Assembly (NCBI GenBank): GCA_017466625.1
Contig: JAFTTT010000002.1
Span: 1 to 53,184 of the forward strand
Direction of reading: 5' to 3'
DNA length: 53,184 nucleotides
Source of the DNA: Clostridia bacterium
GTDB lineage: Bacteria; Bacillota; Clostridia; Oscillospirales; CAG-272
The translations under genes were made by a program, and so were the position numbers. The notes under the pieces are model-generated. The model had not been told where the DNA came from. It saw only the letters and a program-made list of their open reading frames with translations, and did not search any database. This document shows positions 8,736 to 16,663 of the stretch, piece after piece; positions within the stretch are counted from its first letter, which is position 1, and the number at the start of each line of letters is the position of its first letter.

Positions 8736-10015
8736 TGAAAAAATTTGCGATCCTGACTCTCGGCTGTCGAGTTAATCACTACGAGAGTCAGGTGCTTTCC
8801 GAGGAGCTAAGTAAGCTCGGATACGAAAGCGCGCCTTTTAATGACAAGTGCGACGTTTATATAGTTAATTCCTGCGCCGTCACAGAGGAATCGGTGCGAA
8901 AGTCGAAGCAGATGATGCGCCGCGCGATAAATAAGAACCCTGATGCATTCATCGCGGTCTGCGGATGTGCTTCACAGCTCCAAAAGAGCGATTTTGAGAA
9001 GATAAAGGAAGTATCCTTCGTCTACGGCACGCGAAACAAAGACGCGCTGATTTCGGCGCTAAAAGCCCGTATAAACGGCAAAAATACACCGCGCGTTATC
9101 GTTGACGAGCCGAATTTTCCCCTTACGCCGACCTCGATCACGCGCTTCGACAGAACTCGTGCTTACGTAAAGATACAGGACGGATGCGAGAACAAATGCG
9201 CCTACTGTATTATTCCGAAGGTACGCGGAAGCGTCGTTCTGCGTCCCGAGGATGAGATAATCTGCGAGGTAAAGGCACTTGCCGACAACGGCTGTCACGA
9301 GGTCGTGCTGACTGGCATCGAGACCTCTGCATACGGCGAGCGTTTGCCGATACTTATTGAAAAAATTGCAGAGATAGACGGCATCCACCGCATACGCCTC
9401 GGCTCGCTTGAGCCGTCGTTTATGAAAAAGCAGTTCGTCGATGCTATCGCAAAGATAGATAAGGTCTGTCCGCATTTTCACATTTCGGTTCAGAACGGCT
9501 CCGATAATGTCCTCCGCGCGATGAGACGCAGATATAACGTAAAGATGCTCGAAAGTAACGTAGCGTATCTGCGTTCCGTCATTCCGAACTGCAACCTATC
9601 CGCCGACGTTATCGTCGGCTTCCCGGGTGAAAGCGAGGAGGATTTCCTATCGACCTGCGAATTCGTAAAGCGCAACGCGTTTCTGCATCTGCACATTTTC
9701 ACATATTCCCCACGCCCCGGTACCGAAGCGGCGGCAATGAAAAACCAGCTTCCCGAAGCGGTCAAGACAGAGCGTCTTCACCGTCTTTCCGCTATCGCCG
9801 ATGAGGAAAAACGTAAGATACTTACCGCAATGATCGAAAGCGGCAAGGAGATAAAGGTCCTCTGCGAAACGTACCATAACGGATATATTTCGGGACACAC
9901 CGACGGCTTCGTCGAGTGCCTTGTCAAATCTGATACCGCGCCCGAAAAAGGCGCGATAATCTCTTTAATTCCCGATCACATAGATGACGGAAAGCTAATA
10001 TGCAAAAAACCGTGA
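8735..10015 (+). CDS. mtaB: tRNA methylthiotransferase, MiaB/RimO family, MtaB-like
   Basis: ATG 8735 overlaps the upstream stop (TAATG). N-terminal LGCRVNHYES, radical-SAM motif CENKCAYC, C-terminal TRAM-like region. Confidence 0.8.
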   Translation: MKKFAILTLGCRVNHYESQVLSEELSKLGYESAPFNDKCDVYIVNSCAVTEESVRKSKQMMRRAINKNPDAFIAVCGCASQLQKSDFEKIKEVSFVYGTRNKDALISALKARINGKNTPRVIVDEPNFPLTPTSITRFDRTRAYVKIQDGCENKCAYCIIPKVRGSVVLRPEDEIICEVKALADNGCHEVVLTGIETSAYGERLPILIEKIAEIDGIHRIRLGSLEPSFMKKQFVDAIAKIDKVCPHFHISVQNGSDNVLRAMRRRYNVKMLESNVAYLRSVIPNCNLSADVIVGFPGESEEDFLSTCEFVKRNAFLHLHIFTYSPRPGTEAAAMKNQLPEAVKTERLHRLSAIADEEKRKILTAMIESGKEIKVLCETYHNGYISGHTDGFVECLVKSDTAPEKGAIISLIPDHIDDGKLICKKP

Positions 10016-10034
10016 GGATTTCCTCACGGTTTTT
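10004..10034 (+). terminator. intrinsic terminator of mtaB
   Basis: CCGTGAGG-ATTTC-CTCACGG hairpin (contains the TGA stop) followed by TTTTT. Confidence 0.8.
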
Positions 10035-10051
10035 GTCATAACTAATGCTTT

Positions 10052-10246
10052 TGTCAATAGCGGGATTTGCATTCTTGCCTTCCCCAGCGGGGAAGGTGCC
10101 GAGTGAAACGAGGCGGATGAGGTGTAGCCGTCGAAGACGGCGTTTCTTTAACAATGTTACTTTAGAATGAAAACGGATGCTTCGCATCCTACACCTCATC
10201 CGTCTGCTCCTTCGTCGCAGCCACCTTCCCCTGAGGGGAAGGCAAG
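10052..10246 (-). repeat. GC-rich structured intergenic module, copy B (clearest nested inverted repeats)
   Basis: outer arms 10074-10098 and 10222-10246, and inner arms 10114-10127 and 10189-10202, are reverse complements. Two small central hairpins. The 12-mer TGTCAATAGCGG lies at 10052-10063. Confidence 0.7.
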
Positions 10247-10274
10247 ACAGCGTGGCGCTTTTTCTCTCACGCAC

Positions 10275-10304
10275 AAAAAAGACCGTTGATCTCTCAACGG
10301 TCTT
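10275..10304 (-). terminator. intrinsic terminator of mnmA
   Basis: minus strand AAGACCGTTGAGAGATCAACGGTCTT followed by TTTTTT, 4 nt after the stop. Confidence 0.85.
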
Positions 10305-10307
10305 AAT

Positions 10308-11324
10308 TTATTTTATTATCCCACTAAACAGAAGATCATCGCCGTCGTAAAAGACTGCGCTTTGTCCGGGGGTAACGGCTCTCGTCATATTATCAAATTC
10401 GACAAGTGCGTTATCGCCGTCAAAGGTTACCTTACAAGGTGACGGCTTTGCAGAATAACGGACGCGGCAAGCTGCGTTAAGCGTTCCGTTTATCATCGGC
10501 GCAAGCTTCATAAAGTTCAGCTCGCCGACCTCCGTCTTGCCCGAAAATTCCTCGCCTGCAGGCACAAGAGTGACGGTATTAGCGCTCGGATCTACCTTGC
10601 TCACAAACATAGGTCTGCCGAACGCGCCAAGTCCCTTTCTCTGCCCTACCGTATAGCGAATTATTCCGTTGTGCTTACCGATGACCTTCCCGTCGGCATC
10701 GACGAAATCACCTGTCGGAAAGCTCTCGCCCGTTGCTTTTTCTATATAAGAAACGTAATCGCCGTCGGGAATAAAGCAGATATCCTGGCTATCCTTCGCG
10801 TCAGCCGCGCTGAATCCGAGCTTCGCCGCTTCCATTCGGATATCGTCCTTTTTCATACCGCTCAATGGCAAGTACAGCGCTTCAAGCTGCGCCTGCGTGA
10901 GCCGCGACAGCGCATAGCTCTGATCCTTCCCGCCCACGGTATCCGCCTTGATAAAATATCTTCCGTTTTCATTTGCGATAACGGCATAATGTCCCGTTGC
11001 GATCTTATCAAAGCCGTTTTGACGCGAGTAGCTCAAAAGCGCATCAAACTTGACCGTCGGGTTACAAACGATACACGGGTTCGGCGTTCTGCCGTTCTTA
11101 TAGTCGTTTATAAACCGCGCGACAACATTCTTTTGAAATTGCTCGCGGTAATCAACGGTCACAAACGGAATACCGACCTGTCTTGCCGCCGTTTCAGCCG
11201 CCGAAACGTCGGTATATTCGTGCATTACAGCCGCCGCACCGACGACCTCGTGTCCCTGTTCTTTCAGAAGATACGCGGCGTAAGTGCTGTCAAGACCGCC
11301 GCTGAGTCCTATCAAAATCTTCAT
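10308..11324 (-). CDS. mnmA: tRNA 2-thiouridine(34) synthase
   Basis: 338 aa; PP-loop LSGGLDS at the N-terminus; conserved GHY and CNP blocks. Confidence 0.9.
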   Translation of the reverse strand: MKILIGLSGGLDSTYAAYLLKEQGHEVVGAAAVMHEYTDVSAAETAARQVGIPFVTVDYREQFQKNVVARFINDYKNGRTPNPCIVCNPTVKFDALLSYSRQNGFDKIATGHYAVIANENGRYFIKADTVGGKDQSYALSRLTQAQLEALYLPLSGMKKDDIRMEAAKLGFSAADAKDSQDICFIPDGDYVSYIEKATGESFPTGDFVDADGKVIGKHNGIIRYTVGQRKGLGAFGRPMFVSKVDPSANTVTLVPAGEEFSGKTEVGELNFMKLAPMINGTLNAACRVRYSAKPSPCKVTFDGDNALVEFDNMTRAVTPGQSAVFYDGDDLLFSGIIK

Positions 11325-12487
11325 CTCGGAAGCACGCTTTCGAGGATAACGTAGGTTATATCAACGGTCGACTTTTTGCCGACTTCGATGGGCGAAAGTA
11401 TGATAACACAGTCACCGAGCCCGTCATACGAGAAGCTCTTCTGGAGGGTCAGATCGCCCTTCAGTGTTTCGCTGTATAAAGTCGTTTCATCACAAACGAT
11501 CTTTATCTCAACCGATTTCGTCGCACTTATTTCAAGAAAGATCTCAAAATTTCCCTCGCCGTCTATCTTGATCGGAATCTCCTCAGTTTGCTCTGCAACT
11601 ACCGCACTTTCATTTTCAAAAGAAACAAAACGGAACGAGAAGATCGTAAACGTCACGATACCCGTCACGCAGATCGCAACCGCGACCATGAATGAAACGA
11701 AGGTCTTGAACACGAAAACCCGCTTTCCGACGAACATTTTATATCCGAGAATGAGCGGAAAAATTCCGAGCCCGATATAAAGAATACTCATTCCGACACT
11801 TTGCGGAAGCGAGAACGCAAAGAGGTCAACGGCATCTGCAGCGCCTTCCCTCGCGCCTGTATACGTGAGGACAACAGAAAGTGCGTTATTTCCGAAATGA
11901 AGTATCATCGGGATGATAAGCGACTTCGTTCTTATTGCGATAAAGCAGAAGAGCGCACCCATAAGAGCGGTCGGCAGAAAGGTGTAGACGTCAAGATGCA
12001 TCACGCCGAAAATCGCACCGATGATGACTGTAAGCGCCCATTCCTTCTTTACTCCCGAAAAGCACTTGATCAAAAATCCGCGGAAGAAAAACTCCTCGCA
12101 CACCGCAGGTACTACCGCGATGAGAAATATAGCGAGCATCGGATGCATTTTCAGGAGTATTGAGTCAATTGCGTCAGAGCGCACGTTTGCATCGAAAAAT
12201 CGTCCGACGATAACCGACAAGCCCGAGCTTATAAAAGTAACTCCCGCGAACATAAAAACTGCTCCGAAGAACTTTTTAACTGACGGAAGCTCAAAAGGAA
12301 GCACACAAGACAGCTTCGTTTTCGTCGCGAACACAAATATCAGCGCGATAAGAGCGATAAGAGCGCTTCCCAGAAACGCGCCGTTTTCGCCGAAAAGCGG
12401 AATCAAAATAAATCCGCCGAAAAGGAGCGAAAGGAACGCTAGTATTGACGCTATTATTCCGTGAATAGAATTTAATCCTTTTTTCAT
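11321..12487 (-). CDS. CPBP family intramembrane glutamic endopeptidase with an extra C-terminal domain
   Basis: multi-TM protein with EEFFFRG and HFGNN motifs. ATG 12487 follows GAGG. About 110 C-terminal residues are non-membrane. Stop overlaps the mnmA start. Confidence 0.7.
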   Translation of the reverse strand: MKKGLNSIHGIIASILAFLSLLFGGFILIPLFGENGAFLGSALIALIALIFVFATKTKLSCVLPFELPSVKKFFGAVFMFAGVTFISSGLSVIVGRFFDANVRSDAIDSILLKMHPMLAIFLIAVVPAVCEEFFFRGFLIKCFSGVKKEWALTVIIGAIFGVMHLDVYTFLPTALMGALFCFIAIRTKSLIIPMILHFGNNALSVVLTYTGAREGAADAVDLFAFSLPQSVGMSILYIGLGIFPLILGYKMFVGKRVFVFKTFVSFMVAVAICVTGIVTFTIFSFRFVSFENESAVVAEQTEEIPIKIDGEGNFEIFLEISATKSVEIKIVCDETTLYSETLKGDLTLQKSFSYDGLGDCVIILSPIEVGKKSTVDITYVILESVLPR

Positions 12488-12499
12488 AATGACCTCAAA

Positions 12500-12546
12500 A
12501 AGCAAAACGACAAATGAATCGAAGCGTCGCCTGACTCATTTGTCGT
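12500..12546 (-). terminator. terminator-like hairpin after rplA
   Basis: ACGACAAATGA...TCATTTGTCGT long hairpin followed by a T-rich tract on the minus strand. Confidence 0.6.
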
Positions 12547-12563
12547 TCTTATCTTATGAATTA

Positions 12564-13250
12564 TCAGCCGAGCTTAGCGGAGTTAACCTTTACGCCGGGG
12601 CCCATGGTGGAAGCTACGACGCAGCTCTTAATGTACTGACCCTTAGCAGCAGCGGGCTTTGCCTTGATGATCGCGCCCATAATAGCGTCGAAGTTCTCGG
12701 AAAGCTTTTCCTTACCGAAGGATGCCTTGCCGATGGGGCAGTGGATGATGTTGTTTCTGTCAAGACGGTATTCGATCTTACCTGCCTTTGCCTCGGTAAC
12801 TGCACGTGCAACGTCGGGAGTTACAGTACCTGCCTTGGGGTTAGGCATAAGACCCTTCGGTCCGAGAACACGACCGAGACGTCCGATGACGCCCATCATG
12901 TCGGGAGTTGCGATAACAACGTCGAACTCGAACCAGTTTTCCTTCATGATCTTCTCAACGTAATCAGCTTCGCCAACGTAGTCAGCACCTGCCGCCTTTG
13001 CTGCCTCTGCCTTTTCGCCCTTAGCGAAAACCATGGTTCTTACAGTCTTACCGGTACCGTTAGGAAGAACAACAGCACCTCTTACCTGCTGGTCAGCGTG
13101 ACGGGAGTCAACGCCGAGACGAACGTGAAGCTCAACGGTCTCGTCGAACTTTGCCTTTGCGGTCTGGCATACGAGGTCAAGTGCCTCTGCCGAATCATAA
13201 AGCTTTGCCGTGTCGACAAGCTTTGCACTATCAATATATTTCTTTCCCAT
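12564..13250 (-). CDS. rplA: 50S ribosomal protein L1
   Basis: 228 aa; recognisable L1 sequence ([20 protein letters not shown]). Confidence 0.95.
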   Translation of the reverse strand: MGKKYIDSAKLVDTAKLYDSAEALDLVCQTAKAKFDETVELHVRLGVDSRHADQQVRGAVVLPNGTGKTVRTMVFAKGEKAEAAKAAGADYVGEADYVEKIMKENWFEFDVVIATPDMMGVIGRLGRVLGPKGLMPNPKAGTVTPDVARAVTEAKAGKIEYRLDRNNIIHCPIGKASFGKEKLSENFDAIMGAIIKAKPAAAKGQYIKSCVVASTMGPGVKVNSAKLG

Positions 13251-13269
13251 TTCTATCTACCTCCGAAAA

Positions 13270-13695
13270 TCAGTCAACAACAGTAACGCCCATGCTGCGT
13301 GCGGTACCTGCGATCATGCTCATCGCGGTCTCGATCGAGCCGGCATTAAGGTCGGGCATTTTGGTTTCGGCGATCTGCTTGATCTGTTCCTTGGTGATAG
13401 TAGCAACCTTGGTCTTGTTAGGAGCCGCGGATGCAGTCTCGATTCCGCACGCCTTCTTGATAAGAACGGGTGCAGGAGGAGTCTTGGTGATGAACGAGAA
13501 GGAACGGTCTGCGTATACAGTGATAACTACAGGGATAACAAGACCGATCTGATTCTTGGTTCTCTCATTGAATTCCTTAACGAAGTTTGCGATGTTAACG
13601 CCGTAAGAACCGAGCGCGGGACCTACAGGCGGCTGTGCGGTAGCTTTTCCTGCCTGAAGCTGGAGCTTTATATAACCGCTTACTTTCTTTGCCAT
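13270..13695 (-). CDS. rplK: 50S ribosomal protein L11
   Basis: 141 aa; [29 protein letters not shown] is canonical L11. Confidence 0.95.
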   Translation of the reverse strand: MAKKVSGYIKLQLQAGKATAQPPVGPALGSYGVNIANFVKEFNERTKNQIGLVIPVVITVYADRSFSFITKTPPAPVLIKKACGIETASAAPNKTKVATITKEQIKQIAETKMPDLNAGSIETAMSMIAGTARSMGVTVVD

Positions 13696-13785
13696 TTCTT
13701 TTTACCTCCAAATGTGGTTATTAGACGGGGGATAAGTATTTCCCCCTCCCACCTTCGCGTCTTTGCGCGAATGATCGTGTTTTAA

Positions 13786-13884
13786 TTAGTAGAGCTTTTC
13801 GGCGCTCTCGGAATCAAGCTCGATAGGAGTTTCTCTACCGAACATAGAAACGAGCACCTTGATATTCTTTTTTTCCTCGGAAAT
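13786..13884 (-). other. nusG: in-frame continuation encoding the conserved NusG KOW C-terminus, after the internal TAA
   Basis: same frame as 13885-14343; reads ISEEKKNIKVLVSMFGRETPIELDSESAEKLY then TAA at 13786-13788. Confidence 0.85.
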
Positions 13885-14343
13885 TTACTCGACAGTTCCG
13901 ACAAAGCCCTTAAGAGGACCTGCCGTAACCTTAACGCTGTCACCGATCTCGTATTCGAGATTGATCTGCTTGGTCTCAACTCCGATAGCCGCAACCTCTT
14001 CATCGGTAAGCGGAACCGGCTTCGATCCGGGGCCGACAAAGCCCGTTACTCCGCGAATGTTGCGGACAACGTGCCAGGTCGCGTCGCTCATCTTCATTTT
14101 GACGAGCACGTATCCGGGGAATATCTTTGTTTCTGTTTCCTTGAGGACGGCATTTCCGTTCTCATCCGTGCCGTTTTCCTCGGTGACTGTCTCAACGGGA
14201 ATACGAATATCCGTTATAACGTCCTGAAGATTACGGTTCTCGATGATCTTCTCGAGGTTTGCCTTAACCTTGTTCTCGTAACCCGAGTAGGTATGTGCTA
14301 CATACCATCTCAGCTCAGAGCTTATCTCATCGAAGTCACTCAT
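13885..14343 (-). CDS. nusG: transcription termination/antitermination factor NusG, ORF ended prematurely by TAA 13885-13887
   Basis: 152-aa ORF: NGN domain (WYVAHTYSGYENKV) and the start of KOW (GDSVKVTAGPLKGFVGTVE); sits in the canonical secE-nusG-rplK context. Confidence 0.9.
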   Translation of the reverse strand: MSDFDEISSELRWYVAHTYSGYENKVKANLEKIIENRNLQDVITDIRIPVETVTEENGTDENGNAVLKETETKIFPGYVLVKMKMSDATWHVVRNIRGVTGFVGPGSKPVPLTDEEVAAIGVETKQINLEYEIGDSVKVTAGPLKGFVGTVE

Positions 14344-14358
14344 TTAAGTCCCTCCGTA

Positions 14359-14646
14359 TCAGACGAGCTTTCCAATCCACATAAGGAGATTGGACAGACC
14401 CAAGTCGATAAGGCCGATAAGTACACTCGCCGCAACGAGCACTACGATAACTACGCCGGTGCTCTTGGCAGTCTGCGCCTTGCCGTACCACGAGATCTTT
14501 TTCATTTCGCTTTTATTGCTCTTGAAAAAGTTCTTGATCTTGCTTCCAAGTCCGGGCTTGCGGTCTTTAGAAGTCTTTTTCTTGTCTTCTTTTACCTTAT
14601 CGTCTTTGGTTTCGACGACTTCGGTGTTCTTCTCAACTTCTGACAT
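14359..14646 (-). CDS. secE: preprotein translocase subunit SecE with a Lys/Glu-rich N-terminal extension
   Basis: 95 aa; C-terminal block KKISWYGKAQTAKSTGVVIVVLV and a single TM helix; lies between rpmG and nusG. Confidence 0.85.
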   Translation of the reverse strand: MSEVEKNTEVVETKDDKVKEDKKKTSKDRKPGLGSKIKNFFKSNKSEMKKISWYGKAQTAKSTGVVIVVLVAASVLIGLIDLGLSNLLMWIGKLV

Positions 14647-14659
14647 TAACCGATTCTCC

Positions 14660-14809
14660 TTACTTAGATTCCTTGTGAACGGTGTGCTTCTTGCAGAAAG
14701 GGCAATATTTGCTCATCTCAAGACGGTCAGGGTCGTTCTTTTTGTTTTTCATTGTGTTGTAGTTGCGCTGCTTGCACTCACTGCAAACCATTGTGATTCT
14801 GACTCTCAT
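14660..14809 (-). CDS. rpmG: 50S ribosomal protein L33
   Basis: 49 aa, [25 protein letters not shown]..., GGAGG RBS; the ORF-track start at 14962 is an upstream extension. Confidence 0.9.
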   Translation of the reverse strand: MRVRITMVCSECKQRNYNTMKNKKNDPDRLEMSKYCPFCKKHTVHKESK

Positions 14810-14930
14810 ATTTTTCCTCCCGATAGTATTGACAAAGGTATATTTCGCCAAGCCGCGGCACCCTTGCCTGATTTTATCTCCCTCATGAAGAAGGCAACAA
14901 GAAAAAAGCCCTCTCCGCAGAGGTAGTATC

Positions 14931-14959
14931 ATTCTATCACAATTAAATTCCTTTGTCAA
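14931..14959 (-). promoter_or_regulatory. candidate sigma-A promoter of rpmG-secE-nusG
   Basis: minus strand TTGACA-17 nt-TAGAAT with TGn extension. Confidence 0.6.
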
Positions 14960-14977
14960 CACTTTTTTGAATATTTT

Positions 14978-15688
14978 TTGTCATTATTTCCCCTTTTCGG
15001 AATAAAAAAACCCTGCTCGGGAAAACTTTTGAAAAAGCCATGCGTAAAGGGGGAAACGGACATTTTCACGATCGTACTGAGGACAATAATAATATACGTT
15101 TTCTTACTGCTTTCGATGCGGCTGAGCGGAAAGCGCCAGGTGGGAGAATTACAGCTTTCCGAGCTGATAACGGCGTTTCTGATTTCGGAGGTCGCAACGA
15201 CACCGCTTGTCGACCCCGACGTTCCGCTTCTCTACGCGCTGATACCGATAATGATACTGCTCTGTCTTGAAGTGACCGTCTCGTTCATCACGACGAAATC
15301 CGTTACCGTAAAAAGAATGTTCGAGCCGCCCCCGACAGTCCTCATCGCAAACGGCAAGCTGAACATCGCCGAGCTAAAAAAACAGCGTCTTACCGCAGAC
15401 GAGCTGATAAGCTCACTTCGCTTGAACAACGTTTCGGACATAAACACCGTAAAGTTTTGCTTTCTCGAGCACAACGGACAAATATCCTCATTTTCAAATG
15501 ACGAAACGCTCGCCCTTCCCCTCGTCGTCGACGGGAAGATACACAACGGCCATCTGAAGCTTTTGGGTCGTGACGAAAACTGGCTGAAGGCGCGGCTCCG
15601 CGAGCAAAAGGCGGACATGAACGAGGTCTTCATCGCGGTCAGCGACGGAAACACCTTAACGATATTTGCAAAGGAAAAAAAGAAGTGA
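14978..15688 (+). CDS. DUF421 (YetF-like) membrane protein
   Basis: the conserved core starts around [28 protein letters not shown]. Start uncertain: TTG 14978 or TTG 15029, with no good ATG. Confidence 0.7.
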   Translation: MSLFPLFGIKKPCSGKLLKKPCVKGETDIFTIVLRTIIIYVFLLLSMRLSGKRQVGELQLSELITAFLISEVATTPLVDPDVPLLYALIPIMILLCLEVTVSFITTKSVTVKRMFEPPPTVLIANGKLNIAELKKQRLTADELISSLRLNNVSDINTVKFCFLEHNGQISSFSNDETLALPLVVDGKIHNGHLKLLGRDENWLKARLREQKADMNEVFIAVSDGNTLTIFAKEKKK

Positions 15689-16059
15689 AGGCGTTTATAT
15701 TTTCCCTATCGATAATACTTGCCATAACCGCGTTAACCGTAGTAAGCGGTCTTTACGTCAAAAACGTGACTGACCGCCTTCTCGAGCTCGAAAAGCAGTT
15801 TCCCCTCAAAGAGGACGGAGAAAGCTCCCCGTCGTCGGTAATAACCGAAAGCGAGGAGCTTTTTAGTTCTTCATACAATTTGTTGACGGCAATAAGCCAC
15901 ACGCGGCTTCCGAACAACGTCAAAACGTCGCTTGAGCATCTCGTTTCATGCTACCGCCACGGCACCTACGCCGATTATATGGCGGCAAGAGAAAGCTACG
16001 TCGAGGCGCTGCGCTCACTCCGCCAGGCGGAGCTTCCGTCGTTCAGAGGGATCATCTGA
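15685..16059 (+). CDS. DUF4363-like small membrane-anchored protein
   Basis: 124 aa; GTG start overlaps the DUF421 stop; N-terminal TM helix; this is the usual partner position after DUF421 genes in Clostridia. Confidence 0.55.
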   Translation: MKAFIFSLSIILAITALTVVSGLYVKNVTDRLLELEKQFPLKEDGESSPSSVITESEELFSSSYNLLTAISHTRLPNNVKTSLEHLVSCYRHGTYADYMAARESYVEALRSLRQAELPSFRGII

Positions 16060-16663
16060 ACTCTTTCACACCGTCGTCAAGCAGAACTCTTTTTCTGAGT
16101 ATCGTGCAGTCGGTAATTCCGAGAACCTTCGCAACGTAATCGGGATTCAAATACTGATCGGGGGACGCGCTCAGCACGCAGGTGAGCTTGTTCCCCTCTT
16201 TTTTATAGGAGTGGATCATCGGCTTGATGTCGGTCATCTTCTCGCCGCTTTTGGTGCGCTTTAGAATAACGATCTCGCTTTGCTCGAGCGGCTCAAGAGA
16301 GAAATCCTCGTCGTTTTCAAGCTCGTATTCCGCATAACGGATGGAAACGAATTTGCTTTCGGGCTGATACGCGTCAAGCACTCTCATCTCGGGCGGAAAA
16401 GCGTTATTTAAGCGTTCAATGAGCTCTTCCTTCGGCATGGGTCTCGTTATCTTGAAATCAAGAAGCTCGGTCACGCTTTCGGCACCGATCGAGAGCGGAA
16501 GTGCAAAGACCATCTTCGGATGTGGATTAAAGCCCTCCGAATACTTTATCGGTATTCCCGCTCTTATCATTACCGTTTTCATCGTGCGGTTGAGATCAAG
16601 GTGAGAAATGAACTGCAAGCTTCCTACCTTTGAAAACTTTATTCTTACAGCTTCGGACAGCAC
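16052..16663 (-). CDS. TIGR03936-family radical SAM-associated protein (DUF2344)
   Basis: 203 aa; block RIKFSKVGSLQFISHLDLNRTMKTVMIRAGIPIKYSEGFNPHPKM; overlaps the upstream radical SAM gene by 19 nt. Confidence 0.8.
   Translation of the reverse strand: MLSEAVRIKFSKVGSLQFISHLDLNRTMKTVMIRAGIPIKYSEGFNPHPKMVFALPLSIGAESVTELLDFKITRPMPKEELIERLNNAFPPEMRVLDAYQPESKFVSIRYAEYELENDEDFSLEPLEQSEIVILKRTKSGEKMTDIKPMIHSYKKEGNKLTCVLSASPDQYLNPDYVAKVLGITDCTILRKRVLLDDGVKEFR

Noticed and set aside
9924-10274. ORFs of 81-232 aa spanning the GC-rich intergenic modules (7199-7444, 9924-10274, 50990-51268, 51052-51750)
   Set aside because: There is no RBS, the composition is Arg/Pro/Gly/Ser-rich junk, and they exist only because GC-rich palindromes lack stop codons. 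ORF 51052-51750 also runs antisense through cotJC.
13696-13785. Possible L1-binding autoregulatory leader upstream of rplK-rplA
   Set aside because: Only a short GGGGGA...TCCCCC hairpin and a CGCG...CGCG hairpin are visible. I cannot show similarity to the 23S L1 stalk or to a known leader family without a covariance search.
13868-13887. Programmed or erroneous frameshift at the A7 run as the explanation for the truncated nusG
   Set aside because: The conserved C-terminal 32 codons are in the same frame as the upstream ORF, so only the TAA codon itself needs explaining. The homopolymer lies downstream of the stop.
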